Shown in pieces: positions 10,690-21,055 of a DNA stretch of 64,000 nt (position 1 is the first letter of the stretch; every line of letters begins with the position of its first letter). The position numbers were made by a program, and so were the translations under genes. Below the pieces are notes generated by a model that was given only the letters and a program-made list of their open reading frames with translations, was not told where the DNA came from and did not search any database. The stretch comes from a plasmid, in sequence record AP025967.1. The stretch is one strand, 5' to 3'.

Positions 10690-10770
10690 CGTATATCCTT
10701 TTAGTTTCCTTTAATGTTTTTTTGGTATAATTCCAAATGAAATTCGAGGGACTCCTTGTGTCCCACCTTT

Positions 10771-11430
10771 CTAATCTTGGCAATATTTCAAAATTCTTTC
10801 ATCAAATGTTTTAATTAAATCATCTAAAAATAGTTCTATCTTTTGTGGATTGATGCCTATATAGACATTTTCAATCTTTGTTGTTAATCTTGGATAATGT
10901 TTGCCATTTTTTTCTGTAGTTTTTAAAATATTTTCCCAATGATAACTTCTATTTCTTAGATTTTGTAATAAGCTAAGAACTATATCCACTTTATATATAT
11001 TTCCAAAGTTTCTTTTTTTACCATTTTTTAAAAAGAAATTTCTATTATATTGATTGTAATTTCTAAAATTGATATTTTTTAAATTCATTATAGAATCTTG
11101 CATTCTATTTTCTTTAATAAGATAAATAATCGTTCCTAAGCTTATACGAGAAAGATATTGATGGTGAGATAAAATTCTATTTTTTTCTCTCTTTTCAATT
11201 TCATCTTTGGCTTTTTTAATATTTTCATCATTAGAATTTTTTATCCAATTACTATCTTGTTCTGATAATTTATTATCAAGTTTATTTCTAAGAATAATTT
11301 CTAATGTAGCAATTTTTGGAGTGATTTTTCCTACAAGTTTAAGATTATCATAGTGCTTGACAATATTATTATCGTAAGAAGATAATCTCATTTGAGAAAA
11401 CAGATCATTAAAATTTGTTAGATTATTCAT
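10771..11430 (-). CDS. hypothetical protein (219 aa)
   Basis: Intact ORF. The copy at 48851..49509 is frameshifted. Confidence 0.45.
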   Translation of the reverse strand: MNNLTNFNDLFSQMRLSSYDNNIVKHYDNLKLVGKITPKIATLEIILRNKLDNKLSEQDSNWIKNSNDENIKKAKDEIEKREKNRILSHHQYLSRISLGTIIYLIKENRMQDSIMNLKNINFRNYNQYNRNFFLKNGKKRNFGNIYKVDIVLSLLQNLRNRSYHWENILKTTEKNGKHYPRLTTKIENVYIGINPQKIELFLDDLIKTFDERILKYCQD

Positions 11431-11579
11431 TTTTTACCTTGATCGAGAATATGTTTTTTCGTTGCTAATTTCTCTATCTGGTAAAATTTTATTTAGTTTT
11501 TTTTTGAAAAATTCATTCATTTTTTCTTTTAACAATATTCATTTTTTAGTTATCTATTTAGCAAAATAAAAAACAATAA

Positions 11580-12122
11580 TTAATTACCATTTTTATTTTT
11601 ATTAATAAAAACGGATGAGAGAATATCAATATGTTCTAATAAACCTTTTTTGATTCGAGTTTCTGGAAATCTCATAGTATCTAATTGCACAATAAGCCCT
11701 TCTTTTCTAGCGTGTTTTACAGCAGGAACAAAATCGCTATCCGAAGTAATTAAAATGATTTTTTCCACTTGGTGTTTATTTGCTAAAGTTGCAATATCAA
11801 GTCCTATTTTCATATCTACACCTTTTTGTTTAATATCTATAACAAAATCTTCATTGCTTAGTTCGCTAACATCAATTTCACCTAATCTTACAGCAAAATA
11901 TGGTTGCTTTCTTAGATGTTTTAATAATTCACTTCTAAATTTATAAGTTGTAGTTTTGCTTAAATTTTTAGATTTATCAGTTTTTTCTATAGGAGGCATA
12001 GGAACATTTTTATCTAACGGTTCGCAATCATAAATATAAACTTTATATAAATAGTCTTCACTTCTTCTAAGAGTTTCCCACACATAGTCTTTTAATCTTT
12101 TGGCTAATTCTGCGGCTTCCAT
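11580..12122 (-). CDS. NYN/PIN-like nuclease domain protein
   Basis: The C-terminal segment IILITSDSDFVPAV is typical of NYN/LabA-type PIN folds. Confidence 0.45.
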   Translation of the reverse strand: MEAAELAKRLKDYVWETLRRSEDYLYKVYIYDCEPLDKNVPMPPIEKTDKSKNLSKTTTYKFRSELLKHLRKQPYFAVRLGEIDVSELSNEDFVIDIKQKGVDMKIGLDIATLANKHQVEKIILITSDSDFVPAVKHARKEGLIVQLDTMRFPETRIKKGLLEHIDILSSVFINKNKNGN

Positions 12123-12499
12123 TGTTTTAATGCTTTTGCGTGTATTGTATCCTTCAATAAAAAAGAAAGATCTACAAGAACAGCAGTCTTTTTTGGTTGA
12201 ATTATAGAAAATTCTGTATCTTTATTGGACAAATCCATAATATGTAGTCCTATTTGCTAAATCTTGAAGGCAAAATGAGTCATCATTTTAAAAATATTAT
12301 GTAAAAAGACCCCTCTATGTGCTAATGATGCTGTAATTCTAACATAAAAACATTAATAAGAACTTACTTAGAGATAAGCAACTCATTTTCTTCTCCTTGT
12401 GAAAATTCTAATTCGATTAAGTCAAATAAACTTCGACCGTCATAATCTTTTTCATCTTCAATTTGTCTTTTTGTTTTTTGCAAGGATATTGTAACATTT

Positions 12500-12766
12500 T
12501 TAATTATTAATATTTAAAGTTCTTGCCTCTTTTAAAATCAATTTTCTTATATAAGTGCCATATTCACTTGCTAAATCTAAAACCATTAATTTTTTCAAAA
12601 TTTCCATTTCTTGTTCATTAAGTCTGCAAACTACTAAATTGTCTCTTCTTAGTTTTTGATCTATAGTTTTTCTTCCAGCCGATTTTTTATCAGCTTTCTT
12701 AAAAGTCTTTTGAGAGCTTGTTTCAGAGTTTAAAGCTTCTGCTATTGTAAAGGGTTTTTTTTCCAT
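12500..12766 (-). CDS. small DNA-binding partition partner (ParG/RHH-like), copy 1
   Basis: 88-aa basic protein immediately downstream of parA. 96% identical to 62801..63067. Confidence 0.5.
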   Translation of the reverse strand: MEKKPFTIAEALNSETSSQKTFKKADKKSAGRKTIDQKLRRDNLVVCRLNEQEMEILKKLMVLDLASEYGTYIRKLILKEARTLNINN

Positions 12767-12768
12767 TA

Positions 12769-13329
12769 TTATTTATCCTTTCTAATAAAATCTAAAAGTC
12801 TTTGATACTCATTGAAAAAATTTGTATAACTTAATCTTGAAAGATTGTTTTCATTATAAAGTTCAGTAAAAGAAGCTCCACTACTCATAGAATTTTCAAT
12901 TATCTTTGAAAATTTAAAGAAAAAAAGATTTAAATCTGTAAAATTGCTTTCAAGAGTTTCACAAATTTGCTTTTTTTCTTTCTCATCTCTATAGTCTGTA
13001 ACTAAAATACAAACTTTACCATCATTACCTATTTCGTTTAAAGTTTCTAATGTTCTAAGTAAAGAATTATAATTACTCGTGCAAGGAACAATAATCTTAT
13101 TGCTTTCTTTAATAATATCCAATACTCCTTTTTCTACAAACCCACCAAAATCATAAACGCAATTATCTATTTTTTTTGGAGTTGGTAAAATTTTTGCTTT
13201 TTCAGGATAAATTTTTTCTATAATAGAATTATCATTGCTTTGTAAAAAATATTCCAGATCTTTAGCAATTGAAAAAGCAAAAGGAGTTTTTCCAACACCA
13301 CCTTTTTTATTTACAACAGATATTATCAT
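12769..13329 (-). CDS. parA: ParA-family partition ATPase (small type), copy 1
   Basis: Deviant Walker A motif KGGVGKT at the N-terminus. A near-identical copy lies at 63070..63630. Confidence 0.7.
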   Translation of the reverse strand: MIISVVNKKGGVGKTPFAFSIAKDLEYFLQSNDNSIIEKIYPEKAKILPTPKKIDNCVYDFGGFVEKGVLDIIKESNKIIVPCTSNYNSLLRTLETLNEIGNDGKVCILVTDYRDEKEKKQICETLESNFTDLNLFFFKFSKIIENSMSSGASFTELYNENNLSRLSYTNFFNEYQRLLDFIRKDK

Positions 13330-13387
13330 AAAAAAACCTTTTTTATATTTTTGTATAATATTATATACTAATATTTATTAATAAGAA

Positions 13388-13654
13388 CTAAAAATAAATA
13401 TTAGTTATTTTCGATTTAATATTTTCATAAACATCTTTTTCAATTTCTCTATCTTCTTTATGGTTAATTGCAACTTTATACCATTCTTTGTAGCATTTTT
13501 CACAATAACAGCTATATAAAACACAAATCATATATCCATCATTGCTTAATCTTCTATTACAACTATCGCAAATGCCATAACCTCCAATTTTTAAAATTTC
13601 TTGTTTATTTAGTCTTAAGATTTTAAATTCTTTATTATTATCCATCTCTAGCAT
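13388..13654 (-). CDS. small Cys-rich protein (putative zinc-binding)
   Basis: Contains CDSC...CVLYSCYCEKC cysteine clusters. Confidence 0.35.
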   Translation of the reverse strand: MLEMDNNKEFKILRLNKQEILKIGGYGICDSCNRRLSNDGYMICVLYSCYCEKCYKEWYKVAINHKEDREIEKDVYENIKSKITNIYF

Positions 13655-13658
13655 TTTA

Positions 13659-14216
13659 TTACTCTCCTATCTTTTTCAAGATTAGCTCTTGATTTGTTTT
13701 TAAAATATTTCTTCTCTCTTTCTCTTTCTGCATTTCTTCTAATTCTTTTGCTATTTTCTTTTTAAAAAGATTAATGTAATATTTTTTGATTTTATCTATG
13801 AGTTCCTCATTAATTCTGCCTTTTTCATAATAAGAATTACATTTTAACAAAGCAAAAGTTTTGTATTCTAAAACATTAATTCCATCATAGTATTCCTGAA
13901 GCTTTAAAAGATCATCTTCTAATTCTTTTCTCAAAGAGTTGTTAAGTTTACTGATAAAATTATCATCATAATCCACTTCTTTTGCACACTTTTTTTCACC
14001 AATTAAATGAATAGTTAGCAAAAACCCGTTCACTAGAAAAAAACTAGATACAAAATAAGCATAGTAATTTTCTTCTTCTATAAAATAGGATAAAAATAGT
14101 GCAATAGCGATAGTTGAAAACAAGGCAAAAATTAACATAAGGATATTAACAACACGATTTATTCTCAAAAACAAAATTTTATCCACAATCTTTTTTGACA
14201 AATTTACTACTCTCAT
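13659..14216 (-). CDS. membrane protein with coiled-coil tail
   Basis: Two TM helices followed by a Lys/Glu-rich region. The stop overlaps the next gene's start. Confidence 0.4.
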   Translation of the reverse strand: MRVVNLSKKIVDKILFLRINRVVNILMLIFALFSTIAIALFLSYFIEEENYYAYFVSSFFLVNGFLLTIHLIGEKKCAKEVDYDDNFISKLNNSLRKELEDDLLKLQEYYDGINVLEYKTFALLKCNSYYEKGRINEELIDKIKKYYINLFKKKIAKELEEMQKEKERRNILKTNQELILKKIGE

Positions 14217-14743
14217 TTATCCTCCTTTAATATTTCTTTGCAACCTTCCTCATTACATCTTAACTCAAAAAAGGTATCGTTTTCTTTGTTTTGCAAAACA
14301 ACTTCAATGTGTTTATCGCCATAAACAGCCATTACAAATCCATATTTGTTTTCATCAAAGCTTTTAATCTCTTTTCCTTTTAAATAAATAGAAATCTTTT
14401 TATCATTTTTTAATACAAGTCCTTGATCCGAAAAGAATTTAATATTTATTTCATTTTGAAAAGTAAAAAAGGCAATAAGCATTAAAAGAAAAATAGAACT
14501 TATCGATACAAAAATAATATTTGCTGTAGCAAATAGAGTTTCAAGCTCGGTTTTATTCTCGTTAGAATCATTCAAAATTCTTTTTATATTAATAACACCA
14601 AAATAAATAAGTGCAATTCCAAGAATAAAAGATAAGATACCAAAATCATCTTTAACACTACTAAATAAAAACCATAAGCCTGATAAAAAACATATTGCGT
14701 ATGCTACTATTGTAATTTTTTTCATCTTTGATTTACACTCCAT
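14213..14743 (-). CDS. membrane protein (176 aa)
   Basis: Several TM segments. Translationally coupled to its neighbours. Confidence 0.4.
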   Translation of the reverse strand: MECKSKMKKITIVAYAICFLSGLWFLFSSVKDDFGILSFILGIALIYFGVINIKRILNDSNENKTELETLFATANIIFVSISSIFLLMLIAFFTFQNEINIKFFSDQGLVLKNDKKISIYLKGKEIKSFDENKYGFVMAVYGDKHIEVVLQNKENDTFFELRCNEEGCKEILKEDK

Positions 14744-15075
14744 GAAAGACCATTAATAATGATTAAAAATATAAAATAAGAGCCATAAAGGTTTTTTAAA
14801 CTTATATCAATATTAAAAATATAAAAAACCGCGACAAATATAGGCATTATAAATAATGAGAGAGATAAAACATTAGATAATCCCCAAACAGCACAAATAG
14901 CTATAGTAAATACTATTAAAAGAGTTGTAATTGGAAAAAATACTATATTATCTTCGCCTACAAAATTTGCAAAATTACCACATATGAAATCTAAATTAGA
15001 AAAAATAAATTTTACAAATTCCCAAATTTCATTTTTAAAAATGCAAATTAAAGCGATAATCGCAAAAATACACAT
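14722..15075 (-). CDS. small membrane protein (117 aa)
   Basis: Hydrophobic throughout. Confidence 0.3.
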   Translation of the reverse strand: MCIFAIIALICIFKNEIWEFVKFIFSNLDFICGNFANFVGEDNIVFFPITTLLIVFTIAICAVWGLSNVLSLSLFIMPIFVAVFYIFNIDISLKNLYGSYFIFLIIINGLSWSVNQR

Positions 15076-15257
15076 TAATCAATCTTTTTTCTTTTTCATT
15101 GATTATCCTAATATATTGAAAATTTTTCTCTAAAAAAAATTTATCATTTTCTCCTATAATAGCATTTTCGTAAAGATACTTTATTAAACCCTGTGCAAAA
15201 TCATTATCTCTTTTATTTGAAAAATTTTCATTATAGTTTTTTATCACTTTTTCTAAG

Positions 15258-15446
15258 CTAGAACGCATAAAAAACCTTTCTATTTTTTCTCGAGCAATTA
15301 GGACATTTGAAAATAAATTTTTCATTCGGCTGAAACTCAACATAAATCTTTTCTCCGCATTTTTTGCACTCGATTTCTGTGCATAAAATCATAGAATGAT
15401 TTTTGATTTTATCATTGAGCAAATATGAATACATAGTATTTTTCAA
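15258..15446 (-). CDS. small zinc-ribbon protein (62 aa)
   Basis: Two CxxC pairs (CKKCGEK ... CPNCSRK). Confidence 0.3.
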   Translation of the reverse strand: MKNTMYSYLLNDKIKNHSMILCTEIECKKCGEKIYVEFQPNEKFIFKCPNCSRKNRKVFYAF

Positions 15447-15619
15447 ACTTATTCCTTTTGACTTATTTTAGTTGTAGTTCTTAAAATCTTCCCTATTATT
15501 ATTGTAGGTATATCCCAAAGAGTATAATGGCTTTATAATGTATATATCGTTTTTCTTACACTCTTCCATCATTTGATTATAAGTCATTTTTTTGGGATAT
15601 ATCTTGATTTCATTTTTTT

Positions 15620-16768
15620 CTAATATTTCAAAATACCATAAAAATAAATCATCTTTGGCTTCTTTATACCGTCTTTCACATCTGCCCGGCTGAAATGGTT
15701 GTCCTCGTCCTCGGTAAGGCTCTCTAAATGGTCCAGGAACGCATAGGCGTCTCTCCGTATCTTCTGCTCGGATATGCCACACTTCAAGCCATAAGAGCAC
15801 AACGCCATAATAGAAAAGTAACGCCCTCCGGCTTTCACTTCCTCGGTTATTTTCCGTTTCCACCACTCATATAAAGCTTCGTTACATACCCACGTACCGC
15901 CCTGCTTCTTACTTTTCTGCTTCGGCTCTCCCTGCACGATCCGCTTCTCATACCATTCCGGGTACAGCTCCTTTGCTTCTTCCAGCGTAACGGTACTTTT
16001 TCTTCTCGGCTTCTCGTACAACGGAGCAAGGTCTACCTTACAGCTCGGTATGCTGGCTTTTATGTCCTCCAGCGTGTAACGGTTCTCTGACAGCTTATAG
16101 GCTTTTACTGGGAAATCTACACCCAGCTTCGACTGACTCCCCACACACCGGAAACCTTGATAAATTCCGGTTATATCCGGGCTGTCCGGACGGATAGAGC
16201 TGGTATCATTCCATAGCCGCCGAATAAAGGCTTCTTTCAGCTCCGCAAGCACTTCTTCCCGGTTTCGATACAACTGAACCGGCTCCTGCAAGAAATAGTA
16301 AAGATGTACCCCCTTGCCGGAGCTGACAAGATAAGTCGGACGAAGCTGCACACCATTCCCAAACTGCTTCAACAGGTTCTTTAACTGCTGTTTGCCTACA
16401 TAATCCACGTCCACCACCACCGCAAACAGCTCATGAGCGTTCTCTTTCGTGTGTGACTTTCCGTAAAAACTAATAGGCGGTATCAGCCCAAACCTATCTC
16501 CTATGACCTTATCCAGCATTTTCAGACTATCATCAATTACCCACTGCCGGGTTCTTCCTTTGCCAGACGGTCTAATCTGTGTCGCTATAATATTACCTTT
16601 TCCGTCCTCCGGCTCTTGCTGGAGACTGCCAGCCGGAAACAACTCCCGATAGAAATCATGAGGACTTACTTCCGGGTATCCCCTCTCCAACATAAGGGCT
16701 TCTTTCTCCCGATAAGCAGACTTCCACTCATACCCTCTTTTATCTCTCCTTTTGGTGTATTTTGCCAT
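15620..16768 (-). CDS. plasmid replication/primase-like protein of Gram-positive origin (start at MAKYTKRR)
   Basis: GC-richer codon usage than the flanks. A GGAGTGAGG RBS precedes the internal Met at 16766-16768. The last about 10 codons run into AT-rich native DNA, marking the island junction. Confidence 0.5.
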   Translation of the reverse strand: MAKYTKRRDKRGYEWKSAYREKEALMLERGYPEVSPHDFYRELFPAGSLQQEPEDGKGNIIATQIRPSGKGRTRQWVIDDSLKMLDKVIGDRFGLIPPISFYGKSHTKENAHELFAVVVDVDYVGKQQLKNLLKQFGNGVQLRPTYLVSSGKGVHLYYFLQEPVQLYRNREEVLAELKEAFIRRLWNDTSSIRPDSPDITGIYQGFRCVGSQSKLGVDFPVKAYKLSENRYTLEDIKASIPSCKVDLAPLYEKPRRKSTVTLEEAKELYPEWYEKRIVQGEPKQKSKKQGGTWVCNEALYEWWKRKITEEVKAGGRYFSIMALCSYGLKCGISEQKIRRDAYAFLDHLESLTEDEDNHFSRADVKDGIKKPKMIYFYGILKY

Positions 16769-16777
16769 AGTCTTTTG

Positions 16778-16917
16778 CACCTCACTCCCTCTCGCCTTGA
16801 CCGCTAATCTTATCAATGAGTTTTTTTTACCTTTTTCCGTCAAGTATAAGGGAGTGCCTTTTTGATGTCAATATCTACACCTCACTCCCTCTCGCCTTGA
16901 CCGCTAATCTTATCAAT
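16778..16917. repeat. two 40-bp direct repeats (16778-16817, 16878-16917) exactly 100 bp apart, upstream of the rep-like gene
   Basis: CACCTCACTCCCTCTCGCCTTGACCGCTAATCTTATCAAT occurs twice. Confidence 0.8.
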
Positions 16918-16960
16918 ACATTTTTGCACCTTTTTCTTCGTACCGACAAACTGGAATTTG

Positions 16961-17383
16961 TTACTCTTTTGTATCGTAAATAATTTTGCCCGTAAAGTAA
17001 ATTGAAATGTCCATTTGAACTAAATCTTCTGTTTCTAAGATAGATAAATAACCAGAATACAATACTTGATTATACCCGTATAATTCATCTACAATTTCAA
17101 AGCTATAGTTTTTGTATCTCTTTATAAAGCGTTCCAGTTCTAATTTCTCACCGTTGAATTTTCCATAGTTTCCCCATTTGCTCTGCAACATAACGCAGGT
17201 ACAATCAAAATCCACACCTTCGATTGTGATGTTTCCCTCGACCTGTTCAAAAGGTTCTGTAAGTTTTTCATATCCGTCCTCGAATTCAAGGACTATTGTT
17301 TTATCTTGAATTATAATCTTTTTGACCCGCATATCATGCAGACTATATGGAATGGGCGGATTGTGTTTATATTCTGTCCTCAT
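16961..17383 (-). CDS. hypothetical protein (140 aa), within the island
   Basis: Intact ORF with the intermediate GC content of the island. Confidence 0.4.
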   Translation of the reverse strand: MRTEYKHNPPIPYSLHDMRVKKIIIQDKTIVLEFEDGYEKLTEPFEQVEGNITIEGVDFDCTCVMLQSKWGNYGKFNGEKLELERFIKRYKNYSFEIVDELYGYNQVLYSGYLSILETEDLVQMDISIYFTGKIIYDTKE

Positions 17384-17421
17384 GAGACCTCCCCGTCAAA
17401 TTCTAATTTATCGATTTCTTT

Positions 17422-18346
17422 TTACTTACTAATCATACCATACAACAGCATAAGAAACACTAAAATATTGCAGACCATACCGCCCCAAAACAGGTACAAC
17501 TTCAAGCCCTCATATCTAAAAAAACTGTTCTTACTTTCCTCAAGCTCCCGGATCTTCTGCTTCATCACGCTCGTAAGTGTATCAGACTGCTTCTCAAGAA
17601 GCTTTGTAGCCCTCTGTATAGCCTCTATATTCGCCTGTAACGCCTTTCTAACCTCTTGGACGGTGTTTTCCTTAACCTCATCTTTCAGGCTCCCAATCTC
17701 GCCCGATATAGCGTCTTGAAGCAATTCGTTGCTGTTCTTCAGCAGCTCTACGCTCTGCTTCAGCTCGCTGATGAGCTTCCTGTTCTGCTCTGCGTCTCTC
17801 TGCCTGTTCTGCTCTGCCCTCACTTGTTCTTGATTTGACTGCTTCATCAATTCCTCGCAGTTCTCGCTCGACATCGCCAACGCTTCTTTGAGCAGACTGT
17901 TTTCCAGCTCTGTCCGGCTCTGTCGGTTTAACTCTTGAAGCTGCTCTCTTGGACTGCTCTGCTTCTGCTGTTCGTGCATTTCTCTCAAACTCATGCTCCA
18001 TACTCTCCTTTCCAAAATCCATATTGTAGTATTTTTCCAGCTTGTTATCCCTGATTTTACAAGCCTTTTCTCCTGCCTGTTCCCTGGCTAAGTCGGTATA
18101 TGTGATGTACTTGTGGCTGTCCTGCCAGTCCACCCCGTACCCTCTTTCATTCATCAGCCGGATAAAGGTTTCCCGGCTGGTCGCTGTTTCCTTACAATCC
18201 AGCACCGCAAGGGCAATATCCTGCACATAGCTTTTGACCTTTCCCTGCTCTGCCTGTTTCAAAAGCTGGTAGGTGTCTTTGCTCCATGCCACCGTTTCTT
18301 CCCGGACTTCTCCAGCAAATGTCTTTCCTTTCTCCGGCACATGCAA
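17422..18346 (-). pseudogene. frameshifted mobilisation (Mob/Pre-like relaxase) gene remnant
   Basis: Two overlapping minus-strand ORFs in different frames (17678..18346 and 17422..18015). Both are Glu/Arg/Gln-rich and coiled-coil-like, as in the C-terminal regions of Gram-positive Mob proteins. Confidence 0.4.
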
Positions 18347-18481
18347 GCCCTGTTCCCAGCTCTGCTCGTTGCACCGTTCCTTTAAGTCTTTAAGGTCGTG
18401 CTTACTCAGAGGGTAATTTAGGGTATAACAAAATAACCCACCCGAATATCGTTTTTTTTATTTGGTGAGTTTGTTCTTTCA

Positions 18482-18538
18482 AATACGAAACAAAAAGAGC
18501 CGATGATTCGTGAATTGTTCCACAATTTCATCGGCTCT
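18482..18538 (-). terminator. rho-independent terminator downstream of tet(O)
   Basis: The 11-bp stem AGAGCCGATGA / TCATCGGCTCT (18496-18538) is followed on the minus strand by TTTTTGTTTCG. Confidence 0.5.
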
Positions 18539-18543
18539 GCGTC

Positions 18544-18717
18544 TTAAGCGTCTGGCTCTTTGATGACAGTTATCTTCAAGTTGTCAACTTTAATCAATCT
18601 TTCTTGTCTGCATTTTGGACAATAAAGGGGATAATTCTCCAAAACAGTGTCCTTCCTAATTTTATTACGGGTTTTGCTCCCACAAACAGGACACAATATC
18701 CATTCGCATTTCATCAT
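18544..18717 (-). CDS. small Cys-rich zinc-ribbon ORF (57 aa) co-transcribed downstream of tet(O)
   Basis: Translates as MMKCEWILCPVCGSKTRNK...YCPKCRQERL. Lies between the tet(O) stop and the terminator. Confidence 0.4.
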   Translation of the reverse strand: MMKCEWILCPVCGSKTRNKIRKDTVLENYPLYCPKCRQERLIKVDNLKITVIKEPDA

Positions 18718-18768
18718 AATTAGTCTCTAATCCTTTCAAATCTCATTTTATATGACTTTTGCAAGCTG

Positions 18769-20688
18769 TTAAGCTAACTTGTGGAACATATGCCGAACCT
18801 TATCTATACGGCTATTCGGGCGGCGGGGTTGGCAAATAAATTTACCAATAGCTGGCTGGTATCCTTTTAACTCTGTCAAGCAGACTCCCTGCCCATTTGT
18901 GAAATAAGTTAAATCGTTCCTGTATTCTTGAATACATCTAGCAGGGATTTCTCCTTTCAGAATGACCTCGTCATTCTTTATCTGAGTACTTACAATATCT
19001 GCACAATACCTTGGAGCATCATGATACGCCCGTGAGAGATATTCCTGCGGTGCATAAATTTCAAAGTGGAGATATGGCTCTAATAGTTCTGTCCCTGCTT
19101 TTTTTAAAGCCTGCTCCAATACGATAGGGGAAAGCAGCCGAAAGTCTGCGGGGGTACTTACAGGACTATAATACAATCCATATTCAAAACAGATTTTACA
19201 GTCTGTCACTTTCCATCCATACAGCCCCTGCTCGCAGCCATAAAGAACCCCCTCCATAACCGCATTTTGGAACGATTGATTTAAATATCCAAGTGAAACT
19301 CTGCTTTCATACTGCACTCCGCTTCCAATAGGGAGCGGCTCTATGGACAACCCGACAGAAGCCCAGAAAGGATTTGGCGGGACTTCTATGTGGATGGTAT
19401 ATTCTGCTTTTCTAAGCGGTCTTTCCATATATATAACAGTAGGCTCTTTTATTTCTGCCTCCACATGATATTTTTCCTCAAGGATGGCACAAATGACTTC
19501 CATCTGCACATTCCCCAAAAAAGAAAGTATAATCTCATGCGTTGTAGTATCCACATAATATTTTAAAAGAGGGTCGCAATCTGAAATTTCTGTAAGTGCC
19601 CCAAGCAATATTTCCCGCTGTTCAGATTTCTTTACTGCAATCGTTGTTTGGATCATAGGGAGAGGATTTTCAATAAATTTTCTCTGCGGCAACAGTATTT
19701 CGTTCCCCAAAATACTGTTTAGCTGCAAAACATCATTTGGTAAAATTACAATATCACCAGAGCAGGCTGTATCGGATGAATATAATTCACCGTTTGTCGG
19801 AACATACATCTCTGTGATTTTTATTTTCTCTTTTTCAGATATTCTAATAACATCCCTCAAATGCAATGTTCCGCTATATATACGCACATAAACAAAACGC
19901 CGCCTTTTCTCTGAATATTCAATCTTAAAAACCTGCCCGCATAGTTCAGATTGACCTTCAGGCGTTGATGAATAAAATTTACTGGCAATTACTTCTATAA
20001 GCTGCCGAATCCCCAGATTGTTTTTAGCGCTTCCGTGATAAACGGGAAATAACGTTCCGTTTTGGAATCTCCTGTTTTCTTCCTGTTCCAGTTCTGACAT
20101 TTTAAACGGTTTCCCTGACATATATTTCTCTAATAGTTCATCGTTTCCCATAATTACCGCATCCCACTGTTCCATATCGTCATTGTCCGTTACATTTATA
20201 TGGGGATGCTGCCCAACCTTTTGCTTCACTATAATTTCCGAAGAAAGCTTTGCTTTCATTTCCCGATATACCATTGGCAAATCAATCCCCTCTTGGTCAA
20301 TTTTATTGATGAAAAAAATTGTCGGAATCTTCATTATCTGTAGTGCATGAAACAGTATACGGGTCTGTGCCTGTATGCCATCCTTTGCAGAAACTAATAA
20401 TACTGCTCCGTCTAATGCGGATAAAGAACGGTATACTTCCGCCAAAAAATCCATATGGCCTGGCGTATCTATAATGTTGACTTTTACATCCTCCCACTGA
20501 AAAGATGTCACTGCTGTCTGGATAGTGATTCCCCTTTGACGCTCCAAATTCATTGTATCTGTCCTTGTTGTGCCTTCATCTACGCTCCCTAGTTCTGCAA
20601 TTGCACCACTGGTATACAATAAACTTTCCGTTAATGTTGTCTTTCCTGCGTCAACGTGAGCCAGAATGCCTAAGTTAATTATTTTCAT
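18769..20688 (-). CDS. tet(O): tetracycline resistance ribosomal protection protein Tet(O)
   Basis: 639 aa translational GTPase with G1 AHVDAGKTT and DTPGH motifs. The full-length sequence matches Tet(O)/Tet(M)-family proteins. Confidence 0.95.
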   Translation of the reverse strand: MKIINLGILAHVDAGKTTLTESLLYTSGAIAELGSVDEGTTRTDTMNLERQRGITIQTAVTSFQWEDVKVNIIDTPGHMDFLAEVYRSLSALDGAVLLVSAKDGIQAQTRILFHALQIMKIPTIFFINKIDQEGIDLPMVYREMKAKLSSEIIVKQKVGQHPHINVTDNDDMEQWDAVIMGNDELLEKYMSGKPFKMSELEQEENRRFQNGTLFPVYHGSAKNNLGIRQLIEVIASKFYSSTPEGQSELCGQVFKIEYSEKRRRFVYVRIYSGTLHLRDVIRISEKEKIKITEMYVPTNGELYSSDTACSGDIVILPNDVLQLNSILGNEILLPQRKFIENPLPMIQTTIAVKKSEQREILLGALTEISDCDPLLKYYVDTTTHEIILSFLGNVQMEVICAILEEKYHVEAEIKEPTVIYMERPLRKAEYTIHIEVPPNPFWASVGLSIEPLPIGSGVQYESRVSLGYLNQSFQNAVMEGVLYGCEQGLYGWKVTDCKICFEYGLYYSPVSTPADFRLLSPIVLEQALKKAGTELLEPYLHFEIYAPQEYLSRAYHDAPRYCADIVSTQIKNDEVILKGEIPARCIQEYRNDLTYFTNGQGVCLTELKGYQPAIGKFICQPRRPNSRIDKVRHMFHKLA

Positions 20689-21055
20689 GTGATTTTCCTC
20701 CTATCAACACCCAAAAAAGGGCATAAAAATACCCAGTGATAAATACTCCTATCACTGGGTAAATAACTCCAATAGCCCCAAAACACTTATATGTTTTCGG
20801 GCATATAAAATCACATGATAAAAGTATTCTTAAACTGGGTACAAAAAACTAAGCCCCATATTAAAAGTGAAACGGGACTGCTACTTTTTGTTCCCACTAT
20901 CAAATTGACAGTTTATTTAAGAATACCTTGCCGCATATTTATTAACTCCTTGTATAATACTGAATCTAATTATATTCCTTAACCCTTTATTTGTCAAGCT
21001 GACAAACTAAAGCAGAAAAAGCGGCAGGATTTCCCCCTGCCACTAATCATCTGTT
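20689..21055 (-). promoter_or_regulatory. tet(O) upstream leader/promoter region, ending at the right island junction
   Basis: GC-richer, non-coding and structured. A GGCAGG/CCTGCC hairpin lies at 21023-21046. Composition switches to AT-rich at about 21055. Confidence 0.4.

Noticed and set aside
15847-18385. Several 60-90 aa ORFs on both strands inside the GC-rich island (e.g. 15847..16029, 16616..16807, 18042..18385)
   Set aside because: These are antisense or overlapping shadows of rep and mob, as expected in higher-GC DNA.
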